The notes under the pieces are model-generated. The model was not told the origin of the DNA. It did no database searches and saw only the letters and a program-made list of their open reading frames with translations. Positions 10,087 to 21,500 of a stretch of DNA of 64,000 bases are shown here, in pieces (position 1 is the stretch's first letter; the number at the start of each line of letters is the position of its first letter). Source of the stretch: Stegostoma tigrinum (lineage: Eukaryota); NCBI RefSeq assembly GCF_030684315.1, contig NC_081369.1, positions 51,753,598 to 51,817,597 on the forward strand, written 5' to 3'. The translations under genes and the position numbers were made by a program.

Positions 10087-13000
10087 AGATAGTCTATGTG
10101 AGTGGGCAAAGATCAGGCAGATGGAGTACAATGTTGATAAGTATGAGGTCATCCATCTTGGTAGGAATAATAGCAAAATGGACTATGTTTTAAATGGTAA
10201 AAAATTGCAGCCCACTGCCGTACAGAGGTGTCCTTGTGCATGAATCGCTAAAAGTAGGGTTGCAGGTGCAGCAGGTAATTAAAAAGGCAAATGGCATTTT
10301 GTCGGCCATTGCTAGAGGGATGGAGTTTAAAAACAGGGAGGCTATGCTGCAGCTGCATAGGGTCCTGGTGAGGCCACACTGGAATATTGTGCGCAGCTTT
10401 GGTCTCCTTACTTGAGAAGAGATATACTAGCGCTGGAGGGGGTGCAGAGGAGATTCACTTGGTTAATTCCAGAATTGAGAGGTTGGATTATGAGGAGAGA
10501 CTGAGTAGACTGGGATTATATTCATTGGAATTCAGAAGAATGAGAGGAGATCTTATAGAAACATTCAAGATTATGAAGGGAATAGATAAAGTGGAGGCAG
10601 GGAGCTTGTTTCCGCTAGCAGGTGAAACTAGGACTAGAGAGCATCACCTCAAAATAAAGGGAAGCAGATGTAGGACTGAGGTCAGGAGGACCTTCTTCAC
10701 CAAAGGGTTGTGAATCTGTGGAATTTCCTACCCAGTGAAGCGGTTGAAGCTGCCTCACTGAATGTTTTTAAGGCAAGGCTAGATAAATGTTTGAACAGTA
10801 AAGGAGTTAAGGGTTATGGTGAGTAGGGGGGGTAAGTGGAGCTGAGTCTCAAAAAGATCAGCCATGATCTTATTAAATGACGGGGCAGGCTTAAGGGGAC
10901 AGATGGCCTACTCCTGCTCCTAGTGCTTAGATAAGTTTTTCCTGACAACCAACAATGGATTTATGGTCATGCTTAGATTCTTGATTCCAGATTTTTGTTG
11001 TTGAATTCAAATTTCACCATCTGCCGTAATGGGATTCAAATCTGCAACACCAGAACATTGCCTGTGTCTCTAGATTAACAGACCAGCAATAATACCACTA
11101 GGCCATCAAGCTCTCCATGTGGAATAGTTCTATCACATTCAAGAGATCTCAGTTGCAATGTTGACGTACAAATGCAAGCATGCCTTTAAGAGACTGCTCA
11201 ATACCATGAGCAAAGTGGCCCATGAGCTGTTTAACATTTTTGGTGGCTCCCACAGGCCAACAAAAGAAATTCTCTCTTAGAGCCAGTACACATAAGAATT
11301 CCCCAATCTCTTTGTTTCTGCTGCACCAACATCAGCCTGTTCAACATGAAAACTAGGTAATTTCTCAATCTCCCATGACCAGTGTGCGCCAGTGAGATCT
11401 TTGCTTTTTGGCTGCATCCTCTTAATGGTGGGGCCTCACCAGTATCTCTCACAAGTGATTCTCACACAGTCAACAACTGGCAAATGGTAGGCACACCCCA
11501 GCTACCTGCTGTACACCCAGAGTTAAAATCATATTTTCTTTCTGTGCACAGAGATGAACAGTTTACTTGACATTATTCTCCATGCATTTTCTCGGTTTCA
11601 AAGATCACCAACCAAACTGGGTTATGATATCATCAGTTCAATTCAGTTCAACACAGGCATCCTTCTGTCTGTGCAAAGTGGTGGATTCGGCAGCAAAATA
11701 ATCCTACTTCAGACAGACTGCTTTCATTTAGCACACGTTTGATAAAGGTTGGAGGGTCTTGAATATTTGAACATATGGACTTGCAAAGTTGGAATAGTGT
11801 TCAGCTATTTGAACTCAAGCCATCCATACCTTCCAAAACCATTGTTACTAATCTGCTTGAGTTTCATGTTCCATATTCCCAGCTACCCATAAACTTTTAA
11901 TCCTCTCGCCTAAAAAGAATAGATCAACCTCTCCTTTAAAAATAATCAATAACTCCACTTCTGCATTTTGAGGCAAAGTTCCAAATTCTCACAACCCACT
12001 GGGAGAAACAAAAAGCTTCTTCATCTCTGACTTAAAAAAGTGACTCCTAATTTTAAAATACTGTCTTCAAGTTTTGTTTTGGACTGACCCAGAAGAGGAA
12101 ACATCTTTTCCACATCTAGCTTGTCAAGACTGTTCAGGATCTGATACACTTCAATCAAATCTCACTTCACTCTTCTAAACTCCAATGGAAACAAACCCAA
12201 TGTGTCATAACTACCCTCATAAGGCAACACATTCATTCCAGGTATCAATCTAGTAAACCTCCTGTATATTACCTGCCACATATTTACACCTTTCCTTAAT
12301 TAAGAAGACTAAAACTGCACACGTTATTCAAGATGTGGTCTCACCAATGTCCTGTCTCACTGAAAAGTGACATTCTTACTTTAACTTTCAATTCTTACAA
12401 TAAAGTTTTGCATCCTGTTGGCCTTCTTGATCACAAATTATATCATCATACTAACTTATTCTGATTGAAGTGCTAGAACAGCTGGATTTCTCAAAACCTC
12501 AGATTTCTGCAACTGTTGTCTGTTTAAGTAGCACTTTGTTTTTATTCTTCCTGCCAAAGTAAACAACATTGCACTTTCCCACACTATATTTCATCTGCCA
12601 GATTTTTACCCACTCACTCAACCAACCTATATCCTTCATCATGTCTTCTTCACAACATATGTTCTTACCAATCTCTCATCTAAGCCAGGGATATAAATTA
12701 TAAAAATTTGTGGCACGGCACAGACCCCTCTGGAACTCCATTTGTCACATCCTGCCAACAAGATAAAGCCTAGTTTGGATATACTGACTTTTTTTGCCAG
12801 CAAGTCTATCCATGTTAGTATGTGAACCCCTACACCATGAGCTTTTACTTTCCACAATAACCTTTTATGAGATACCTTATCAAATACCTCCTTGAAATTC
12901 AAGTCCAGTATATCTACAGATTTCTCTTTACCCACTGTCGCAGCACATGCGGCTCCTTCAAAGAAGTGTAAAGAATTAGCTAAACATGATTTCCCTTTCA

Positions 13001-13249
13001 TAAAACCATGCTGCATCTTGCTGATTACCCTGAGCTTTTCCCATTGGCTGAATGTAACCTCTTTTATATCAATTATAATACCTCCCCAAAAGCAGTCAAA
13101 CTGACTGGCTTATAGTTTCCTATTTCCTGCCTCCCTACTCTGTTGAAAAAAGTTATTATCATTGCTTCATTCCAGTCTGATGAAACCTTTCCTGGATCTA
13201 AGAAGTTTTGGAAAATTGACACCAATACCTTGTTCATCATCATTAATTT

Positions 13250-13512
13250 CTGCTGCTGGCGTTTGGCAAGGTCAGCTTTTCTTTCTCCCTGGCATATTAT
13301 CCTAACAGGCATTCCCTCATTCTAAGCTCCATCTCTGCCTATCTGCTAACTGCCTATTGCTCCCTCTTGTCAGCAGTAATATTACTTTTTCCTAGCTACT
13401 ATCAGTTCTGAAGAAGGGCCAATGAACTCAGAACATTAACTCAATTTTTCCATCTCCATAAATGCTTCCAGACCGGCTGATATGCTCCAGCAAATTCTAT
13501 TTGTCTGATTTT
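13250..13512 (+). mobile_element. Penelope pLTR fragment (family 2) with degenerate hammerhead, inserted in the old CR1
   Basis: 'ttttcctagctactatcagttctgaagaagggccaatgaactcagaacattaactc' matches 9587-9642. Confidence 0.7.
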
Positions 13513-14197
13513 CTAACTCATTTGCCACCCTCGGATGCAATCTGTCTGGACCCAGGGTCTTGTTAGCCTCCAGCTTCATCACTTTGCTCAGTAAAACATC
13601 CTTAGTAAGTACAATATCATTAAGCTTCTCTCTCTGTTCCACAATTTACATAATTGCTGGGATGCTCTGTAGTGAGTACAGAGGCAAAATATTTTGTTCA
13701 TTTCATCTGCTGTTTCCTTGTTATCTATTCTTAATTTGCTATCTGACTCTCTAGAGGACACTCACTTATTCCTTTTCCTTTTTAAATTCCTCTGGAAACT
13801 CTTGTGGTCTGATTTTACATTTCTAACTAGCTTTCCCACATACCGTAATTACTTTATCCCGATAAACCTTTTAGCCATTCTCTGCCTTTCTTTATGTTCA
13901 GACCTACTACCTATCTATGGACAATTTTGTACTTTTTCTTTAAGTTTGATACTCTCCTTAACTCCTTTAGTTAACATTAGATGGCGGGTTCTCTCTTTAG
14001 AATTTCTTAATAGTAGAAATATACTTACACTGAGTAAACTACATATAAACTTCAATCACATTGAAATTGCTGCTGCATAGGGGTGCCCCCACTCTGAGAA
14101 CATAAATTAATCCTGTCACATTACAGAATACTAAATCTAATATAATCTGTTCTCTGATTAGTGCCAAAACTTGCTATTCTCAGAAGCTAACATGAAA

Positions 14198-14322
14198 TGG
14201 ATAAGCATATGGATAATGATGGGATAGTGTAGGGGGAGGGGCTTAGATTAGTTCACAGGTCAGCGCAACTTCGAGGGCCGAAGGGCCGGTTCTGCGCTGT
14301 ACTGTTCTATGTTCTATGTTCT
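14198..14322 (+). mobile_element. Short CR1 3'-end insertion
   Basis: Similar to 7416-7543 ('ggataagcatatgga...gagggccgaagggcc...tgttctatgttctatgttct'); aaat at both ends. Confidence 0.85.
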
Positions 14323-14739
14323 AAATCATTCTCTGAAATCCTCATCCAGGCTAGTAATGCCATCTCATTCTTCGAGTTTACATGTCACTGAAAGTAGCCA
14401 TGATTACTGCCTTAACTTTATCAAAGTACCCAATGTCTCCTCTTTCTGTTTCATTGTTACTGGTGGGGGCCTGTAGACCACTGTCACTAGTAAACTTCTT
14501 TTCTGTAATATTCCTCATTGCCAACCAGATGGACCCACTCAATCTCTAACTACTGCACAAATGTCACTCTTGATAAGTAATGCTACCCCTCCACCATTAC
14601 TTCCCTTTATTCTTATTGAGTATTGAGTATCTCTCAATATGCAGACACACTCCTTGTCACTCTGCAGCCACATCTCCATAACAGCTATGACATTATATGC
14701 TATGAGAGCTATGAGAGGCAGGATCAATCAGGCATGCTG

Positions 14740-14930
14740 CATGTCAAGCTACCAGGTGTCTTTGTGCAGGGTAAAGCCAAAAGCACGTGTTCAATTCCCA
14801 CACCAGCTGAGGCTATCTTCTCAACCCCTCCTGAGGTGTGGAGATTTGCAAATTAACCTAACACCAGTCATCTCTCTCCAATGATAGAGCAGCACTATGG
14901 TCCACTTGAACGGTGGTGACTTGACTTTAC
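14740..14930 (+). mobile_element. tRNA-derived SINE (family C)
   Basis: B-box-like 'gtgttcaattcccacaccagctgagg'; reverse complement of copies at 620, 37580 and 56450. Confidence 0.6.
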
Positions 14931-15330
14931 TGATAGGGTGAGAAAGTGGAGTCACGGTGGAAAATCAGTCACAATTGTTTTAAATGACAGGACAGGCTCC
15001 AGGTTTGGATGGCCAACTCCCGCTCTTATTTTGTTTCATCCTTGACTTCTCAAATACATTGTTGATGCAAAAACATTTGCAGAATTTCAGTTAGGGGCAA
15101 CCTGTTCTGGCTGGGACTAAGGGCTATTGTTGGATACAAAACACAATAAGGCTGACTCCTGGCAGCGCTCGATGCTGACACTGAGTGACAAAATGGAAAA
15201 CACAAAGTGTTCCACTCCTCAACACCAACGTGTTTCACCTTGCAAAGCACAACATTTACCCACAAAAGGAGAAGTGGATGAACTTTAGCATTATCAGCTA
15301 ATGGAATCCCCTGGGAGTGTGGCCGCGAAA

Positions 15331-15368
15331 GCGTGTGTGCGCATGTGTGCATGTGTGTGTGTGTGTGC
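15331..15368. repeat. Imperfect (TG)n microsatellite
   Basis: gcgtgtgtgcgcatgtgtgcatgtgtgtgtgtgtgtgc. Confidence 0.9.
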
Positions 15369-15543
15369 TTTTTGTATGTGAGGAAGGATAGGTTTTTCTC
15401 AGGCTCCAAGAAAGATTTTCTGAAGGCAGGCATTGCAACCAATAAATTATTATTCCAAGGCAAACATTTTTTGTAATGAACAATATTAAAAATCCTGAAA
15501 ACATCAAGTGCTTGTGCGTTCAAGCTCACTTTTAGGATTATGA

Positions 15544-15668
15544 TGTGAAAGTGCTGGTGTTAGACTGAGGTAGGCAAAGTCTGAAACCTCAAAGGGGCTT
15601 CACTCCAAAAGTTTGTGATTTCAAATAAACCTGTTAGCCTATAACCTGGTGTTGTGTGACTTCTGACT
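15544..15668. mobile_element. PLE mini-insertion (family 3), partly inverted
   Basis: Matches 43905-44005; 14-bp TSD ttttaggattatga/ttttagaattatga (15530-15543/15669-15682). Confidence 0.75.
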
Positions 15669-16349
15669 TTTTAGAATTATGAAAGATAGCATAATCGGTT
15701 GACTCTGCATCCACTGAAGAACTGTGTCTACAGGGAACATAACTAATAGAATTGAGGGTATATTCTTGAAGGCTTATCTCCCTTCTAGTGCAGCTTCTCA
15801 CTGAAGACATATGATCAAGGAATTGCCCCTTAAAACTGTTCAGTCTATTACATCCTGAGAATCTTGTCTTCTGCATCTATATTTAATGCCAACTTGTCAC
15901 TTCAATGTGGCATAGATAGAATTGTTAATGAACAGCAACTGAGAATTTATAAATGGAACTTTCATTGTTTTAGCATAAGAAACAAGATGAAACTTTGGCA
16001 CTCCCAATCAACCTCGAAGAAAAGCCTGCCAGTTCCTCGTTTCGTGCTGGCATGAGAAACTGACAATGTTATTACATGATACATGTTCATTCCTGAACTG
16101 GCCAGTTCCTCACAAATTTTAACCCTGTATTTTTCTGGCGGTATCTCGACCACCTTCTTTGTGCTTCAAAGCACAAAATCTGCTCAGGTCAAATGTAGCA
16201 ACCACACTTAATTTGTTTCAGTACTGTTGTTAAATAGTAGAATAATGGAGTGTGTTAATTCTCTCCCTCACCTGGTGGGAATGTGATGCCGCCTGAATAA
16301 GTCATGCATCTCACAGCACCATTTTTACTTGCATTTTTCTCTGCCCTTT

Positions 16350-16695
16350 TCCTCGGTGCTACGGGCAAGGCTAGCTTTTGTTGTTCATCCCTCAGAACCC
16401 TCAACACAGTGACATGCTAGACCACTCCAGAGGGCAATTAAGAGTCAACCACGTTATTGTAGATCTGGACATGTAGTCCAGACCATGTCAAGGTGGCAGA
16501 TTTCCCTCACCTAAGGGCTTCAGTGAACTGAATGGGTTTTTATGAAAATTGACAATGATTTCAATATCAAACTAATTTTTCATTCCAATTTATTAATTGA
16601 ATTCAAATTTGCTGTTGTCAACTCAAACCCATGTACCCAGACTAAGATCTTGGTCCTTTGGATTAAGTGAATTCCCACTACGACATTGTCCCCTC
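16350..16695 (-). mobile_element. tRNA-derived SINE (family B)
   Basis: 'agagggcaattaagagtcaaccac...gtggcagatttccc...cagtgaac' colinear with 32480-32825. Confidence 0.75.
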
Positions 16696-17292
16696 AAAAA
16701 GGCATTTCCAAATTGGCAGGCAGTCAATTCTAGAAACAAAATCAAAAGTCTGAACCTGAGCTGACTTTTTGCTTTGTTATTTTCTTTCCTGTGCCCAACA
16801 TCTTTTTCCTGTAAAATACCAAAAGCTCCACAGACATTGAATCACAGTTTCAGTTCTACTTTCAGTGGAGTACTTTTCAAATGTAGCAAGGGTCTGTTCT
16901 TTTACATATCCCTCATGCAGCTATGCTTTCTTCAAATATCTCACATTATAATCATGTTAAATCAACTAAGTCAGGGCTCTTGTTGCTAATTCCAGAACGT
17001 ACCAAATTGCTTAGGCATAGTACATTGAAGAATATCAAACAAGAAGAAACAAGTGCCTGTAAGAAAGCTACCAATATTCCAAATATTAATCAATTTAAAT
17101 GGATAAGGAGCCAGCTTAGCCATCTTATGAAAGTGCAGTTCTTCCTGCTAACTTTTCACTATGTGTCCAATGGCAGAATTCTAAAGGTTAGACTATATAG
17201 ATTTGCTAAGTAAAGCCATAGAATATCCTAAGTGAAAAATCACTCTTCTATTTTGTGCAACTGCTACATTCATTGCCACACCATGTGTTTTT

Positions 17293-17591
17293 CATAGAAT
17301 CCATATAGTGTGAATGCAGGCCATTCTATTAAAGATCACCCAGACCCACCCCCTGTGCTATCCCTGCATTTCCCCACCCTAGAAACTATGGGCAATTTAG
17401 CATGGCCAATCCACTTAATCTACACATCTTTGGACTGTGGGAGGAAACCAGAGCACCCAGAGGAAACCCACACAAACACAGGGAGAATGTGCAAACTTGA
17501 CACCAACAGTTGCCTGAGGCTAGAATTGAACGTTGGTCCCTTGCACTAGGAGGCAGCAGAGCTAACCACTGAGTCACTGTGCTGTCCCCCC
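17293..17591 (-). mobile_element. HE1-type (V-SINE) SINE
   Basis: 'gggcaatttagcatggccaatccac...acatctttggactgtgggaggaaacc...gctaaccactgagtcac' is the reverse complement of the HE1 core and A box. Confidence 0.9.
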
Positions 17592-19671
17592 GTTATTTTG
17601 CCCATTTTTGTGTAGCAAAAGCCTTGAAGTACTTTTGTTCTGGTATCCATAAGAGCTAGATACATACAGTGCTCTTGGTTTTCTCCAGTTTGTGGGCATG
17701 GAGGTCAAGATTCATGGTCAGCTCACTTCCAGTCCTGTAAAGGCAGACAGCACACAAACAATTTATTGCCTCCCTATCTGAATGGTTGTGGCCTTTGGCT
17801 GAATGTATCCTGCAATGCTGACTGGCTGCAAGATGAATGGACTCAGCGGTATGCACAGTTAGCATATACTCCAATTATCCTTCACCTCTCAATGAGAGCT
17901 CGCCCCTCTTAAAGGGAATTATTAAAAAAGCTGGGGTATCTAAAATACCCCAGAAATACAGAAATAGTACGTTGTGGTGAAAGGAAGAGGAGTTGGGTGG
18001 GCAGGAAGTTTTAACTGTGGGAGGAATTTGGTGAATTGTCAAACACCCATAACTGTAGCAACCTTTCTGTAGATAAGTCACTAAACCTGTTTGTTTTGTC
18101 CCTCAGATATAGTATTGACAGGAGGAATGATCTTCTAGGGGAGCTGGAGTCTGTGTAAGTTTTATAGACTGTCCATGTGGAGCAATTATCTCTCTGTCTC
18201 CTTTTGCTCTCCCTCATCCACGTTCTCCCCTCCTGCCAATGTGGCCTCCATTTGCCTGGCTGCTTGCAGTGTCACAACAAGCATTTTGCAAAGGGCACAA
18301 TAGACCACAACAAATTTGGAAAAGAGTTCCTATAAACATAGTAGGCCAGTTCCGAAGCAGGCCAGATCATGGAAACATGGTACAAGAAAACTGAGTTTCC
18401 CCAGTGACTTTCTTAATGGCAACATGGCTCTCGCTAAAAGGCTATTGGCATCACTAGTCGGGTGACAGAAGGGTTTCATGAGCCATATGTACAGGAAGTA
18501 CTCCTTAATGACAACTGATCATCCAATGACTGCTTCTTGCCAGAGGCATAAAGACAAAGGAATAGTAGACTGTCTCAGGGTAATGCTGCCTGTAGGTATT
18601 GCCATTCATTAACATGATGGCCTGGCATGATTAAACCCCAATTACAGATGAATGAAATTGAAAGCTTTGAGGTTTGGGCACACTTTACCCGGGAACTCTC
18701 AGACCTGCAGGGCTGCCTGCAATATTGGCCATCCTACTACCTGGCAAACCCATGTGCTAACTCATCTCAATTACCTCTAATTACCCTTTGCAAAGAGTTT
18801 GCCCTCTGCATCCCATTCCTCCATGTTGCCGCATACCTAGACTGTTTGCAGCTACAGCACCCATAACTGTAGCAACCTTTCAGTTTGTTTTGACCCTTAG
18901 ATGGAGTGTTGACAGGAGGGATAGGCAAAAGGAAGGAACTTACGTAGCCTCTTTCATAACCTCAGAATGTCACAAAATGCTTTGCAGCCAATTATGTAGT
19001 TACTGTCAATTTGAAGTTTACTCAAGATTAAAATGTAACTAAGCTGTGTCTAATTTGAACATTGGCCAGCTAGAGATATGGGAAAGGCCCCTTGAAGGTA
19101 TTGATCAAGTAAACAGTCAGCTTGGTTGTAAAACATGTCAGCTGCGCTCCAGATCTCAAAGTAGCCACAACTAACAACCTTGTGATCTGCTGGATGAACA
19201 ATTCCATTATTTTCAATGTTTGATCTTAACATCATTTTCCCTCCTCATTTTCCCCAACCAATCCTTAACAAGTCTAGTATGGAAGTAGAAGGAGCCATAA
19301 TCTCTACTTGATGACTTTATAACAAGGATAGTATTAGATGAAGTTGAGAAGATGAATATTAACTGTGTTTTCAATATGGCTCCCTCACTATTATAGCTTG
19401 GACGTAAATGTAGAAATTTGCACAATGACCAGGGTCATCACTTTAAGAGCATGTGATCTTGAATTTATCCATTTCAAATTAATAAGCGGAAGAGAGGGGC
19501 AAGGGCTTACTGTAAAGAGAGATTGCTTCATTCAATCTATTCAGAATAGACTTCGTACTTCCCTTATACCTAGAAACAGTCAAATATGGTTAACATTTTC
19601 AGGAAAGGGAAAGATTCAGTTGAGACTATGATTTTAACTCTACGAGGATCATGCTGGTGATTTCAAAATAT

Positions 19672-19860
19672 AGAAACATAGAAACTCAGTTTAGAAGTAA
19701 GTCATTCAGCCATTCAGGCCTGTCCTATCATTCAATATGATCATGGCTGATTCTGTGTCTCAACACTATATTCCCATTTTCTCTCCAAACCCCTTGATGC
19801 CTTAAATATCTAAAGATTGATCAATCTCTTTCCTGAAGTGTCCTATCTTCTCTGGCCTTC
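19672..19860 (-). mobile_element. CR1 LINE 3' tail
   Basis: 'atagaaacatagaaac...attcagcc...ttcaatatgatcatggctgat'. Confidence 0.7.
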
Positions 19861-21299
19861 TGTGAGATCTTACAAAGCGAATATAGCCACATGATTTTAT
19901 GGATTTGGACACAGAACAATAATTCACCAGTTAGAACAGTCACACAATCGGCAATATGTATAAATGCTGGTTCGATAACCCAGAATTAACATCTGGTAAA
20001 AATTGGGTGAGACATTGTTTGTAGGATTTATTAAATAACATTTATGAATATTGAAATTATAAATATTGGCCTTAAAGTCCCAAGTTTATGCTGCTGACCA
20101 TGAAGTTTTCACATTGGTACTGCACATAAGAGCTTGCATTTATAAGGTGACTTTTACGTTCTTAGAACATAGTAAAGTGACTCAGAGCCAATAATATAAT
20201 TCAAAATGAAGTCATTGTTGCAAAGATTTTTGGGTTCAGATTCAAAATATGAAAAAGAATGGAATTCTAAAGAGTTTTCATTACAAATTTTCCCTTTAAT
20301 TTCTTAAGTCGACCTGGCCTTCACTCAAGGGCGTCCTAACAATCAGTCCCCAGGCTGACATGGAAGCTCATCTCAAATCTTTGCCATTGATACAAGGAGA
20401 TATCATTACTTCTGCATGGCAATGCTTAGTTTGATAACTATCAAGGCAAGTAAAATCAAACCCTGATGCTCCTCCATGTTACTACTGAGTGTCACTGCTT
20501 CAAGGCTCAGTACCTCCATATCATGATACAATAATTACAAGCTTATTAATGGCCGATCCTTGATTCAAAGATGATGGCACTTCAGGATTTAGAGTTTTTG
20601 TTGTGGGCCTTCATGTAACTGAACAGACCAATTTTCATTCCTCAGATCCTTGAACACACAGAGCAGGGCGTCTGACAAGGTCATGGAATTGAGTGTGTAA
20701 AATTTTCATCCTTTCTTTCCTTCTCTGTCACCATTTTGTCTCCATTCAGGCACTTGGACTCAAAGTATGATGGACAATTTGTTGCCATTTTACACAACTG
20801 GTAGCAAAAATCCCTCCTACAATCACTAGTGTCAATGTTGCCCCACTTCAAGAAAAGCTTCAGAGTAAGCTCATGCAAAACCAACTGAAATGTACAGAGC
20901 ACTAAGTCCATATGGTTATACAGGACCCGTATTCTCAAATCTTAAACGGCTGGCATTGCAGGGGAGGACAAATAAATTGTTACAAAGCTACAGCAATTAT
21001 CATTGTCCATTAGCTAAAGAACCATGTCTCTCAAAACATTCCTCTTGGCCTTCAGAATTTCAAAAACACTTCACAGGTAGTTAAATACTTTTAATTGTGT
21101 AGACACTGTTCTAATGCGTAAACAGTATTTAAACAAATTACCCAAATATTTAATTTCAGGCTAAGAGAGAAATATCATCCAGATCATCAGGGGGATTTTT
21201 TTAAATTCACTTGCTGACTGCCCAGCATTTATTGCCTGTCCCGAGTTGCCCTTGAGAAGGTGATGGTGAACTGCGTTCTTGAACAGCGACAGTCCTATC

Positions 21300-21500
21300 T
21301 TCAAACAGTGTTATGGGATCTTTAATTTTCACCTAAGAGGTCAGACAAGACATCCTATTTAATAGGTCATACAAAATATTGCACCTCTGACAGTGCAGTA
21401 GTTTCATAGTCCTGCAATGGAATGTACACCTCTTTGGCTCAGGGCTTAAAGCCACAATCACCTGATTCAGAGGGGCGATTGTGTTACCACGTGATCCAAA
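21300..21500 (-). mobile_element. Deu-domain SINE (SacSINE1/AmnSINE-like), degenerate
   Basis: 'tgggatcttt...cacctaagagg.cagac...gcacctctgacagtgcag...cctgattcagagg' resembles the reverse-strand Deu-SINE body as recalled, not aligned. Confidence 0.55.

Larger units (their letters stand above)
9793..10928 (+). mobile_element. 5'-truncated CR1 LINE with frameshifts
   Basis: KFADDTK at ~9815, LVRPH, LSRLGLYSLEFRRMRGDLIETFKIMKG; 3' UTR 'cagatggcctactcctgctcctag'; agat TSD. Confidence 0.9.
4325..11115 (-). mobile_element. tRNA-derived SINE (family B) split into three pieces (4325-4476, 9747-9792, 10929-11115) by nested insertions
   Basis: The pieces join into a copy colinear with the intact SINE at 32480-32825; TSDs aaagatggca (4467-4476/9747-9756) and agat (9789-9792/10929-10932). 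Confidence 0.85.
11830..14720 (-). mobile_element. Old CR1 LINE with decayed APE and RT domains
   Basis: Minus ORFs: YNVIAVMEMWL..GGGVALLIK (APE), GPDRLHPRV, GNYKPVSLT, QHGFMKGKSCLAN, FDKVSH (RT). Confidence 0.85.

Noticed and set aside
15050-15529. 159-aa minus ORF
   Set aside because: Runs through a (CA)n microsatellite, has no ATG start and no recognisable homology.
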